A DNA stretch of 64,000 bases from Octopus sinensis (taxonomy: Eukaryota), in the NCBI RefSeq assembly GCF_006345805.1, contig NC_043001.1, positions 18,476,001-18,540,000 of the forward strand. Direction: 5' to 3'. Of the stretch, positions 13,133 to 25,591 are shown piece after piece; position 1 is the first letter of the stretch; the number at the start of each line of letters is the position of its first letter. Made by a program: the position numbers and the translations under genes. A model generated the notes under the pieces. The model worked only from the letters and a program-made list of their open reading frames with translations. It was not told the DNA's origin and searched no databases.

Positions 13133-13528
13133 CGCAGGAGTGGCTGTGTGGTAAGTAGCTTGCTAACCAACCACATGGTTTCGGGTTCAGTCCCACTGCG
13201 TGGCATCTTGGGCAAGTGTCTTCTGCTATAGCCCCGGGCCGACCAATGCTTGTGAGTGGATTTGGTAGACGGAAACTGAAAGAAGCCTGTCGTATATATG
13301 TATATATATATGTGTGTGTGTGTTTGTGTGTCTGTGTTTGTCCCTCTAGCATTGCTTGACAACCGATGCTGGTGTGTTTACGTCCCCGTAACTTAGCGGT
13401 TCGGCAAAAGAGACCGATAGAATAAGTACTGGGCTTACAAAGAATAAGTCCCGGGGTCGATTTGCTCGACTAAAAAAGGCGGTGCTCCAGCATGGTCGCA
13501 ATAAAATGACTGAAACAAGTAAAAGAGA
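13131..13528 (+). mobile_element. Full-length SINE, family A
   Basis: GGCGCAGGAGTGGCTGTGTGGTAAG head through GAAACAAGTAAAAGAG tail, following a (TA)n tract at about 12925-13130. Confidence 0.85.
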
Positions 13529-13566
<38 letters not shown>

Positions 13567-14037
13567 ACATATATGCATATAAGTATGTGTGAATGTGTGT
13601 GTTTATAAATGACATCGTCTCGTAAGTATGCTTCTCTCACCACGTAGTAAAACTCTCCTCTCCTTCTTCCTCTCCCGTCTGTATATTCTACTTCCATGCA
13701 TTTGTTTTTGTTTTACTCATATTTTTTCGTTTTTCTCTGTTTTTTTTTCTTTCACTTGCATTTCGCTCGAATGCCTTTACTTACGGGCGAATACAGATGT
13801 TAAACAAATTTTCAGGTATATATTATATTAAAAAAAAATAATTTCAAGCGTATATTCATATTTATTTGTATATATATATTTGTATACGTATACATGTAGT
13901 TTTAAACTACAGGCATATCTATAAATGGCTTGTCTGAATAGATCTGTATATTTCTACACGTTTTTATATACTTTTACTACAGGGGTCGGCAAACCGGACT
14001 AAATTACACAACTGGGACAAAAACGGAATTCTAATTT

Positions 14038-14640
14038 CTTATTTCTTTACTGCCCACAAGGGGCTAAACATAGAGGGGACAAACAAGGACAGACAAACGT
14101 ATTAAGTCGATTATATCGACCCAGTGCGTAACTGGTACTTATTTAATCGACCCCGAAAGGATGAGAGGCAAAGTCGACCTCGGCGGAATTTGAACTCAGA
14201 GCGTAGCGGCAGACGAAATACCTATTTCTTTACTACCCACAAGGGGCTAAACATAGAGGGGACAAACAAGGACAGACAAAGAGATTAAGTCGATTACATC
14301 GACCCCAGTGCGTAACTGGTACTTATTTTATCGACCTCGAAAGGATGAAGAGCAAAGTCGACCTCGGCGGAATTTGAACTCAGAGCGTAGCGGCAGACGA
14401 AATACCTATTTCTTTACTACCCACAAGGGGCTAAACACAGAGAGGGCAAACAAGGACAGACAAACGGATTAAGTCGATTATATCGACCCAGTGCGTAACT
14501 GGTACTTATTTAAACGACCCCAAAAGGATGAAAGGCAAAGTCGACCTCGGCGAAATTTGAACTCAGAACGTAACGGCAGACGAAATACCGCAAAGCATTT
14601 TCGCCCGGCGTGCTAACGTTTCTGCCAGTTCGCCGCCTTA
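14038..14640 (-). mobile_element. SINE family B with a triplicated ~183-bp 3' module
   Basis: Minus-strand head AAGGCGGCGAACTGGCAGAAACG at about 14640, then three head-to-tail copies joined at AAAGAAATAGG|TATTTCGTCTGCC. Confidence 0.85.
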
Positions 14641-15029
14641 TAGAATTCTTGGGGGTAATGAGGACTCATTAGATGCAAGTAAAATTAATTAAAAAATGTT
14701 TCTTCTGGTGACACTGCATCTGGTCAATGTAATGGACGTGTTTAGGAGACATCACGCCATACTCTTTTACTCTTTTACTCTTTTACTTGTTTCAGTCATT
14801 TGACTGCGGCCATGCTGGAGCACCGCCTTAAGTCGAGCAAATTGACCCCAGGACTTATTCTTTGTAAGCCCAGTACTTATTCTATCGGTCTCTTTTGCCG
14901 AACCGCAAAGTGACGGGGACGTAAACACACCAGCATCGGTTGTCAAGCGATTTTGGAGGGACAAACACAGACACACAAACATATACACACACATACATAT
15001 ATATATATTTATATATATACATATATGTA

Positions 15030-15720
15030 CTTTAGTGATCCCACTGAGCTTAACTTTGGTAGTATCAATGAATCCAACTCCCTACAGATTTTCAACATAT
15101 CTTTCAACATCACGGATGTATTCACAGCAATAAATGAAATTAAATATTACTCTTCAGTAGCCTTCCCAATAGATTCCCTGCTAGCACCCAGATGGAATAC
15201 CACCACTAACTTGCATCTCATCTAGCTAATCTCTGGAGAAAATTGTTAGATGCTGGCTGTGTATCCAAACGTTTCCTATCCTAATTTTTTATCTTATTTT
15301 TCAACAAGGAAATAATTTATACCGCCTGCTCTCATTTATCTCTCATTATCAAAATATTTGATAGGTTGGTAAGATCAAGAACAACTAACTTCCTGAGGGT
15401 AACAATCTCCTAAATTTCAATTGGCATGGTTTTCATTGTAGCAAAGACTGCTTAAAAAAGCTTTCTACGTTTGCTTTGATGACATTCCAAAAGTTTTAGG
15501 AGAATGATGAAATACAGATGTTTCAAATCTTGACTTCAGCAAAGCCTTTGACACACAGACACAACTTTTAACATTCTACTGTTAAAACTCTCTTACAGGT
15601 TATAACATTAGATTAAGTATTTGCAGGTAAGCAGAACTCAGCATGTTTTGGGTTTAACATGCTGAACCCACAAAACCCCAGCAACAGTCACCAGAGGTGT
15701 CCTCTTCATAGTGTACGTAA
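15030..15720 (+). mobile_element. Degenerate CR1-like reverse transcriptase remnant
   Basis: Broken frames give ITDVFTAINEIK, IKIFDRLVRSR, WHGF and LDFSKAFD, with stops and frameshifts. Confidence 0.7.
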
Positions 15721-15901
15721 ATGACATGACAAATATAATCAAAAACAACAAAATAAAAGATTCACAAGTTTCCAAGTTACCAATGGATAAAACTTTAGTC
15801 CGGTCTAAAACAAATTTGCTTACTGAGAGAAAATTTAAACTTATGAAGTTTTGGAAAAAACACGTGTTTAAGCACCTATTTTCTTTTCCCTTAGGAGAGT
15901 A

Positions 15902-16333
15902 ATTTGATATCTAACATCCTCCATCACCCAGGCTCCTGACTCACCCATCTCTCCACCTCTTATCACCCTTGTTGCATCCAACCCCATCCTGCTTGGCACT
16001 AACCACCATGTTTAGTTTTTCCTCCTCAGAGTATCAGTCCTCAAGGATCCCCTTTCTCATGTCTTTCTTCTGTAGCAATTTAATGAAACACTGACTGCAT
16101 GAAACTTGCAGGGCCTCTAATAATGGCAAGTTTCATGCAGTCAGTGTTTCATTAAATTGCTACAGAAGAAAGACATGAGAAAGGGGATCCTTGAGGACTG
16201 ATACTCTGAGGAGGAAAAACTAAACATGGTGGTTAGTGCCAAGCAGGATGGGGTTGGATGCAACAAGGGTGATAAGAGGTGGAGAGATGGGTGGGTCAGG
16301 AGCCTGGGTGATGGAGGATGTTAGATATCAAAT
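15902..16333. repeat. Near-perfect 432-bp palindrome (208-bp arms, 16-nt loop)
   Basis: 15902-16109 is the reverse complement of 16126-16333, with one mismatch seen (CCTGACTCACCC vs CCTGACCCACCC). Confidence 0.95.
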
Positions 16334-16576
16334 GACTCCGTCCAACCCATGCTAGCATGGAAAACGGATGTTAAACGATGATGATGATATTATTTGGGGG
16401 TGGGGAATGCCTCTTATTTGTCATGAAATGTAGTAAATAATTAATGCCTTTCATTTAAATGGTGTAAAATTGCACATGGTTAAATCCAGTTTTATATAAC
16501 TATATTTTTTTGTTTTTGTTTCAGAAAATTATTTGCTGGAAATATAAATCTTGATGGATATTCTCAAACAAAAGGA

Positions 16577-17861
16577 ATGATGGATGATGAAAGTCAACAA
16601 GAAGTGCAGAATCTCCCACCTGGAAGGTTTAATGACATTAGACTAAAGTTTGAACAAGCTAAACTCACTTCACAGGTGGAAAATGACAATAGTTCAAACG
16701 ACAGTGTCTTTCACAATACTGCCCCTATTCCTAAACCAGCACCAAGGTCATCAGCAGTGATCCCACCAAAACCTACAGTCAAAGTTAAAAAAGTTGATCT
16801 TGAAGAAAAGCCTACTCCTCCTGTTGTCATTCCACGTGTCAAGCGAGATTCACTTATAAAGAATGAAAGCAATGAGGTAGCACAAACGGAAATTGCTAAC
16901 TCAGAGAGTAATAACGGTAACTGTCAACTTCGACCGTTTGTACCAAATCACAAGAGAGGGTTCTCTGATTGTATTACCAGTCAACGTAGTAACTCGTATG
17001 AAAAAGAAAGAAAATCTGACGGTTTTGCAAATTATGGATGTGAGGACATAGATCGTTCTAACGAAGTTTTGAACAAATCTAAAAGTTTCCAAACACCTAA
17101 AAAACCTGAAATTGCAGCTAGGCCTAACACCGCTTTATACGGTCGGGACGGTCTTCAACATAAAAAAGTGACTAGGCACTCATCAGTAAGAGATTGCAAT
17201 AGAAAAGATACTACAGCAAACACCTCACCATTATGCAGTGATACCAAATCTCAGGTTGACATGATGGATAAAGAAAATACAGAAAGCAAAATTCCTAAAA
17301 TTCCGCCAAAACCATTTAATCTTCCAACTGGTACACCACCTAAAAAACCACCTCGGACTTATAAACATGATTTATTAAAAAAAAAATAGGGAATCTGTTG
17401 TCTTTAAAGAAAATGAGATATATGAGATGACAACTCCTAATAAAATATCTAAACCAAAAACTGAAAATGCTCACAAAAGGCCGCCCCGTCCACCCCCAAC
17501 TCGGCCACCTGCCCCTAAATCTCCATTATCAGATAAAGAAAAAGATAAGGGATTGAGGAATTCTTTAAAAACTGTCAACAGTAACTCAAAGCCCTCAGTT
17601 GTTAAAAATTCTGTGATATCAGATGAAAACAATTCAAAATCTAGTTTTAACCTGAGGAGATGTTTAAGTGTGGAAAGTATACATCCTGACAATAAGTCTA
17701 ATTGTAATAATGCAATCTATTTAGAAACATCGAAGTTTGGCAGATCTCGTGATGAATTAGATGCACTGAACAATGTAGAGGTGTATGTAGATGAACAAGG
17801 TTATGCCGTTCCTTACAAATTTTATATCAAAGACGCACCAAACTCAACTAATAGCAAAGAT
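16577..17861 (+). CDS. Large Pro/Lys/Ser-rich disordered exon, tentatively DENND2/ST5-like N-terminus, with a +1 frameshift at A10 (17377-17386)
   Basis: Acceptor ttttgtttcag| at 16524/16525 and donor GAT|gtaagt at 17861/17862. ORFs 16577-17389 and 17427 onward join as KHDLLKK-NRESVVFKENEIYEMTTP if one A is removed. Motifs PPKKPPRTY, ENEIYE, RRCLSVESI and EQGYAVP resemble DENND2-type N-termini. No DENN domain seen. Confidence 0.75.
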
Positions 17862-18218
17862 GTAAGTAAATTCAGATTTATTGTATTTAAATTTTTAACC
17901 TTTTTTTCCGTGTATTATATTTTTGTGTCCCTCACTTCCACTATTTTATTATGTATGTATGTTCTCAAATGTTTATTTCACCTTTCTGCGTGACACATCT
18001 TGTATTATATTGTAGGTTTAGAGGCCAATGAAGAAACCATTTTTCTAGTTATCTCAGGCATGGTTGCATGGTTAAGAAGCTTGGTTTGCAACCATGTGGT
18101 TTCAGGTTCAGTCTCACAGCACTGTGGGCAAGTGTCTTTCACTATATATAGCCCAAGGCTAACCAATACCTTGTGAGTGAATTTGGTTGACAGAAACTGT
18201 AGAAGTCCATTATATATA

Positions 18219-18656
18219 TCTATACATATAAAGCTGAAGTGTGTGTGTCTGTGTGTGTGTGGGTGTGTGGCAGATTTGGTAGCCTTCAACTAACACTATC
18301 TCCTCCAAGGCCCTGTGGCGCAAGTTGACCAAAATTGAGAGTATGATAGAAGGCTTGCTCTTCATTCCGAAGAAGAAAAAATTCAAATCGAACCGTGTTA
18401 AGACCAAAAATTATTTACATAAAAAAATTGCTTTTTTTCTATGAAAACCTCTATTTTTTACTGCTCTGTCGCCATTTTTCGGTGTATTTCAACCAGAAAA
18501 ATGTTCATTTAAAGAGAATAACAAGCTACCCAATGCAAAATTTTTACTTTTCAAAAAAGATTGAAACTATGTCAAAACTTTGTTAACGCAACATCAAAGT
18601 CTGCCGTTAAGCGCAACTAAAAAACAAACCCGAGCAACGCCGGACTATACTGCTAG
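18219..18656 (+). mobile_element. Non-autonomous Helitron
   Basis: A|TC start, CCCGAGCAACGCCGG hairpin, CTAG|T end, inserted between A and T. Confidence 0.85.
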
Positions 18657-19205
18657 TATATATATATATATATTATATATATATATATATATATACAAAA
18701 TCAGAAAATGGAGAAATACATCTAAATCATTAATCAACTACCAGATAATACCCAATCACATACTTTATTGAACCACTACATAAGAACATTAAGGTTAAAC
18801 AAAACAGCGTACATGAATGAGTAATACAATACTATAGGTACAATCATTATAAGAGGATATAAATAAATAAATATAAATAGATATAAATATAAATATACAC
18901 TATATCTTACAGCTGTTTCGGCCATGCAGATAAATATGCCTCATTTTACCTATATTAGCCATGTATAGTATGCCAATATGGAGTTAAAAATGAGACATTT
19001 ACAAATATATCTTAAGGCCTCTTCGGAGATTCTAAAGTATAAACCAAATTACATATATACTCATATAAGTGTGGGTACATACCCATGAATTAATTGCATC
19101 GCAATTATTAGCATTTATGTATTAACTTTGTTGGGTACTTCACTAGCAGTATATTGGATATATGTTATCCCATGGACGGTTGAATTTGCAACCCCAATCT
19201 CAATT

Positions 19206-19247
<42 letters not shown>

Positions 19248-19429
19248 ATATATTTATCATCATCATCATCATATATTTCTTGTCTTGCAAGTTATTTGGT
19301 GATCCTGCCAGTGATGGTGGCATGTAACAAGCACCCAGTACATACTGTGAAATGGTTGGTATTTGGAAGGACATCAAGCTGTAAAAACCATGCCAAAACT
19401 GATCTCACCTGTGCTGGTGCCATGTAAAA

Positions 19430-22400
19430 AAAGAGTGTGCCGACAGATATCAAAGAGTGTGCCGGCAGAGATCAAAGAGTGTGCCGACAGAGATCAAAGA
19501 GTGTGCCGACAAAGATCAAAGACGGTGTCGACAGAGATCAAAGACGGTGCCGATAGAGATCAAAGACGGTGCCGACAGAGATCAAAGAGTGTGCCGACAA
19601 AGAGCAAAGACGGTGCCAACAAACCGGTTCAAACCGGATCAAACCGGTTCAATCCGGATCAAACCGGTTTATTCCGGATAAAACCGGTTCAAACCCGATC
19701 AAACCGGTTCAAACCGGATCAAACCGGATCAGACCGGTACAAACTGGATCAAGCCTGATCAAACCGGATCAAAGACGGTGCCGACAGAGATCAAAGACAG
19801 TGCCGAAAGAGATCAAAGAGTGTGCCGACAAAGATCAAAGACGGTGCCGACAAAGATCAAAGAGTGTGCACATAGAGATCAAAGTGTGTGCCGACAGAGA
19901 TCAAAGACGGTGCCGACAGAGATCAAAGACGGTGCCGTCAGAGATCAAAGACGGTACCGACAGAGATCAAAGAGTGTGCCGACAGAGATCAAATACGGTG
20001 CCGACAGAGATCAAAGAGTGTGTCGACAGAGATCAAAGGCGGTGCCGACAAACCGGTTCAAACCGTATCAAACCGGTTCAAACCGGATCAATCGCGATCA
20101 AACCAGACCAAACCGGATCAAACCGGTTCAAACCAGTTCAATCCGAATCAAACCGGTTCAAACCGCTTCAAACCGGTTGAAACTGGTTGAAACCGGATCA
20201 AACCGGATCAGACCGGTGCAAACTGGATCAAGCCTGATCAAACTGGATCAAAGACGGTGCCGACAAAGATCAAAGACGGTGCCGACAGAGATCAAAGACG
20301 GTGCCGACAAAGATCAAAGAGTGTGCCGACAAAGATCAAAGAGTGTGCCGACAAATATCAAAGGCGGTGCCGACAGAGATCAAAGACGGTGCCGACAGAG
20401 ATCAAAGACGGTGCCGACAGAGATCAAAGACGGTGCCGACAGAGATCAAAGACGGTGCCGACAGAGATCAAAGACGGTGCCGACAGAGATCAAAGACGGT
20501 GCCGACAAAGATCAAAGAGTGTGCCGACAAAGATCAAAGACGGTGTCGACAGAGATCAAAGAGTGTGCCGACAGAGATCAAAGACGGTGCCGACAGAGAT
20601 CAACGACGGGTGCCGACAAAGATGAAAGACGGTGCTGACAGAGATCAAGGAGTGTGCCGACAAAGATCAAAGACGGTGCCGACAAAGATCAAAGACGGTG
20701 TCGACAGAGATCAAAGACGGTCCCGACAGAGATCAAAGAGTGTGCCGACAAAGATTAAAGATGGTGACGACAAACCGGTTCAAACCGGTTCAAACGGATT
20801 CAAACCGGTTCCATCTTGATCAAACCGGTTTAAACCTGATCAAACCGGTTCAAACCGGATCAAACCGGATCAAACCGGATCAAACCGGATCAGACCGGTG
20901 CAAACTGGATCAAGCCTGATCAAACCGGATCAAAGACGGTGCCGACAAAGATCAAAGACGGTGCGACAAAGTTCAAAGACGGTGCCGACAGAGATCAAAG
21001 ACGGTGCCGACAGAGATCAAAGAGTGTGCCGACAAAGATCAAAAACGGTGTCGATAGAGATCAAAGACGGTGCCGAAAGAGATCAAATAATGTGCCGACA
21101 AAGATCAAAGAGTGTGCCGACAGAGATCAAAGACGGTGCCGACAGAGATCAAAGAGTGTACCGACAAAGATCAAAGATGGTGCCGACAAACCGGTTCAAA
21201 CCGGATCAAATCGGTCCAAACCGGTTCAAACCAGTTCAATCCGTATCAAACCGGTTTAAAGCTTTTCAAACCGGTTCAAACCGGATCAAACCGGATCAGA
21301 ACAATGCAAACTGGATCAAGCCTGATCAAACTGGATCAAAGACGGTGCCGACAAAGATCAAAGACGGTGCCGACAAAGATCAAAGATGGTGCAGACAGAG
21401 ATCAAAGACGGTGCCGACATAGATTAAAGAGTGTGCCGACAAAGATCAAAGAGTGTGCCGACAAATATCAAAGACGGTGCCGACAAAGATCAAAGACGGT
21501 GCCGACATAGATCAAAGAGTGTGCCGACAAAGATCAAAGAGTGTGCCGACATAGATCAAAGGCGGTGCCGACAGAGATCAAAGACCGTGCCGACAGAGAT
21601 CAAAGAGTGTGCCGACAAAGATCAAAGAGTGTGCCGACAAAGATAAAAGACGGTGCCGACATAGATCAAAGAGTGTGCCGACAGAGATCAAAGACGGTGC
21701 CGACAGAGATCAAAGACGGGTGTCAACAAAGTTCAAAGACGGTGCCGACAGAGATCAAAGACGGTGCCGACAGAGATTAAAGACGGTGCCGACAGAGATC
21801 AAGGAATGTGCCGACAAAGATCAAAGACGGTGCCGACAAAGATCAAAGACGGTGCCGACAAAGATCAAATAGGGTGCCGACAGAGATCAAAGATGGTGCC
21901 GACAAACCGGTTCAAACCGGTTCAATCCGGATCAAACCGATTAAAACCAGTTCAAACCAGTTCAAACCGGTTCAAACCGGATCAAACCGGTTCAAACCGG
22001 ATCAAACCGGATCAGACAAATATCAAAGGCGGTGCCGATAGAGATCAAAGACGGTGCCGACAGAGATCAAAGACGGTGCCGACAGAGATCAAAGACGGGT
22101 GCCGACAGAGATCAAAGACGGCGCCGACAGAGATCAAGGAGTGTGCCGACAAAGATCAAAGACGTTGCCGACAAAGATCAAAGGCGGTGGCGACAGAAAT
22201 CAAAGACGGTCCCGACATAGATCAAAGTGTGTGCCGACAAAGATCAAAGATGGTGCCGATAAACCGGTTCAAACCGAATCAAACCGGTTCATACCGGTTT
22301 ATTCCGGATCAAACCGGATCAAACGGGTTCAAACCGGATCAAACCGGATCAAACCGGATCAAGCTGTGCAAACTGGATTAAGCCTGATCAAACCGGATCA

Positions 22401-25395
22401 AAGACGGTGCCGACAGAGATCAAAGAGTGTGCCGACAGAGATCAAAGACGGTGCCGACAAAGATCAAAGACGGTGTCGACAGAGATCAAAGACGGTGTCG
22501 ACAGAGATCAAAGAGTGTGCTGACAAAGATTAAAGATGGTGCCGACAAACCGGTTCAAACCGGTTCAAACCGGTTCAAACCGATTCAAACCGGTTCAATC
22601 CAGATCAAACCGGTTTAAACCTGATCAAACCGGTTCAAACCGGTTCAAACCGGATCAGACCGGATCAGACCGGTGCAAACTGGATCAAGCCTGATCAAAC
22701 CGGATCAAAGACGGTGCCGACAAAGATCAAAGACAGTGCGACAAAGATCAAAGACGATGCCGACAGATATCAAAGACCGTGCCGACATAGATCAAAGAGT
22801 GTGCCGAAAGATTTCAAAGACTGTGCCGACAAATATCAAAGGCGGTGCCGACAGAGATCAAAGATGGTGCCGACAGAGATCAAAGACGGGTGCCGACAAA
22901 GATCAAAGACGGTGCCGACATATATCAAAGACGGTGCCGACATATATCAAAGACGGTGCCGACAGAGATCAAGGGGTGTGCCGACAAAGATCAAAGAAGG
23001 TGCCGTCAAACCGGTTCAAACCGGATCAAAACTGTTCAAACCGGTTCAAACCGGTTCATTCCTGATCAAACCGGTTTAAACCTAATGAAACCGGTTCAAA
23101 CCAGATCAAACCGGTCCAAACCGGTTCAATCTTGATCAAACTGGTTAAAAACCTGATCAAACCGGTTCAAACCGGCTCAAACCGGTTCAAACCGGATCAA
23201 ACTGGTTCAAACCGGATGAAACCGGATCAGACCAGATCAGACCGGTGCAAAGTGGATCAAGCCTGATCAAACCGGATCAAAGACGGTGCCGACAAAGATC
23301 AAAGACGGTGCCGACATAGATCAAATACGGTGCCGACAGAGATCAAAGACGGTGCCGACAGAGATCAAAGACGGTGCCGACAGAGATCAAAGAGTGTGCC
23401 GACAAAGATCAAAGACGGTGCCGACAAAGATCAAAGACGGTGCCGACAGAGATCAAAGACAGTGCCGACAGAGATCAAAGAGTGTGCCGACAGAGATCAA
23501 AGACGGTGCCGACAGAGATCAAAGAGTGTGTTGACAAAGATCAAAGGCGGTGCCGACAAACCGGTTCAAACCGTATCAAACCGATTCAAACCGGTTCAAT
23601 CGAGTTCAAACCGGTTCAAACCGGTTCAAACCACTTCAATCCGGATCAAACCGGTTTAAACCTGATCAAACCGGTTCAAACCGGTTCAAACCGCATCAAA
23701 CCGGTTCAAACAAGATCAAACCGGTTCAGACCGGTGCAAACAGGATCAAGCCTGATGAAACTGATCAAAGACGGTGCCGACAAAGATCAAAGACGGTGCC
23801 GACAAAGATCAAAGACGGTGCCGACATAGATCAAAGACGGTGCCGACAGAGATCAAAGACAGTGCCGACAGAGAACAATGACGGTGCCGACAGAGATCAA
23901 AGACGGGTGCCGACAAAGATCAAAGACTGTGCCGACAGAGACCAAAGACGGTGCCGACATAGATCAAGGAGTGTGCCGACAAAGATCAAAGACGGTGCCG
24001 ACAGAGATCAAAGACGGTCCCGACAGAGATCAAGGAGTGTGCCAACAAAGATCAAAGAATGTGCCGACAGCGATCAAAGACGGTGCCGACATCGATCAAA
24101 GACGGGTGCCGACAAAGATCAAAGACGGTGCCGACAGAGATCAAAGAGTGTGCTGACAAAGATCAAAGAAGGTGCCGACAAAGATCAAAGACGGTGCCGA
24201 CAGAGATCAAAGACGGTGCCGACAGAGATCAAAGAGTGTGCTGACAAAGATCAAAGACGGTGCTGACAGAGATCAAAGAGTGTGTCGACAATGATCAAAG
24301 GCGTTGTCGACAAACCGGTTCAAACCGTATCATACCGGTTCAAACCGGTTCAATCAGGATCAAACTGGATCAGACCGGATCAAACAGGTTCAAACCAGTT
24401 CAATCCGGATCAAACCGGTTTAAACCTGATCAAACCGGTTCAAACCGGTTCAAACCGCATCAAACCGGTTCAAACCGGCTCAAACCGGATCAAACCGGGT
24501 CAGACCGGTGCAAACTGGATCAAGCCTGATCAAACTGGATCAAAGACGGTGCCGAAAAAGATCATAGACGGTGCCGACATAGATCAAACACGGTGCCGAC
24601 AGAGATCAAAGACGGTGCCGACATAGATCAAAGACTGTGCCGACAAAGATCAAAGAGTGTGCCGACAAAGATCAACGACGGTGCCGACATAGATCAAAGA
24701 GTGTGCCGACAGAGATCAAAGACGGTGCCGACAGAGATCAAAGACGGGTGCCGACAAAGATCAAAAACGGTGCCGACAGAGATCAAAGACGGTGCCGACA
24801 GAGATCAAGGAGTGTGCCGGCAAAGATCAAAGTCGGTGCCGACAAAGATCAAAGACGGTGCTGACAGAGATCAAAGACGGTCCCGACAGAGATCAAAGTG
24901 TGTGCCGACAAAGATCAAAGATGGTGCCGACAAACCGGTTGAAACCGGATCAAACCGGTTCAAACCGGTTCAAACCGGATCAAACCGGTTCAAACCGGAT
25001 CAAACCGGATGAGACCGGTGCAAACTGGATCAAGCCTGATCAAACCGGATCAAAGACGGTGCTGACAAAGATCAATAACGGTGCCGACAAAGATCAAAGA
25101 CGGTGCCGACAGAGATCAAAGACGGTGCCGACAGAGATCAAAGACGGTGCCGACAGAGATCAAAGAGTGTGCCGACAAAGATCAAAGACGGTGCCGACAG
25201 AGATCAAAGACGGTGCCGACAGAGATCAAAGAATGTGCCGACAAAGATCAAAGACGGTGCCGACAGAGATCAAAGAGTGTGCTGACAAAGATCAAAGAAG
25301 GTGCCGACAAAGATCAAAGACGGTGCCGACAGAGATCAAAGACGGTGCCGACAGAGATCAAAGAGTGTGCCAACAAAGATCAAAGACGGTGCTAC
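19430..25395 (+). repeat. ~6-kb compound higher-order satellite (22-bp unit blocks alternating with 10-bp unit blocks)
   Basis: Unit A is AGATCAAAGACGGTGCCGACAG (variant AGATCAAAGAGTGTGCCGACAA). Unit B is AAACCGGTTC/AAACCGGATC. About 11 B blocks, most closed by AGACCGGTGCAAACTGGATCAAGCCTGATC. Confidence 0.97.
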
Positions 25396-25591
25396 GTTAC
25401 GGCAACGTAAGCACACCAACATCGGTTGTCAAGCGATGGTGAAGGGGACAAACAGACAAATAACAAATACATGCACACACATACACACACACAAACACAC
25501 ACACACACACACACATAGGTGCTCCAGCATGGCCACTGCTCATGAGCTGAAACTAGATCAAATCATATCAATATATATATATATATATATG

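Noticed and set aside
11986-13362. [12 protein letters not shown] ORFs here and at 35-39 kb, 56 kb and 60 kb
   Set aside because: Translations of (TATG)n, (TA)n and (CA)n microsatellites.
13740-13815. Possible non-coding first exon of the + strand gene (CAG|gtatat)
   Set aside because: Only a weak donor-like motif, with no independent support.
19430-25395. Satellite as a CRISPR array or a real repetitive-protein gene
   Set aside because: No unique spacers, no cas genes and a eukaryotic context. The many overlapping ORFs follow from a stop-free 22-mer.
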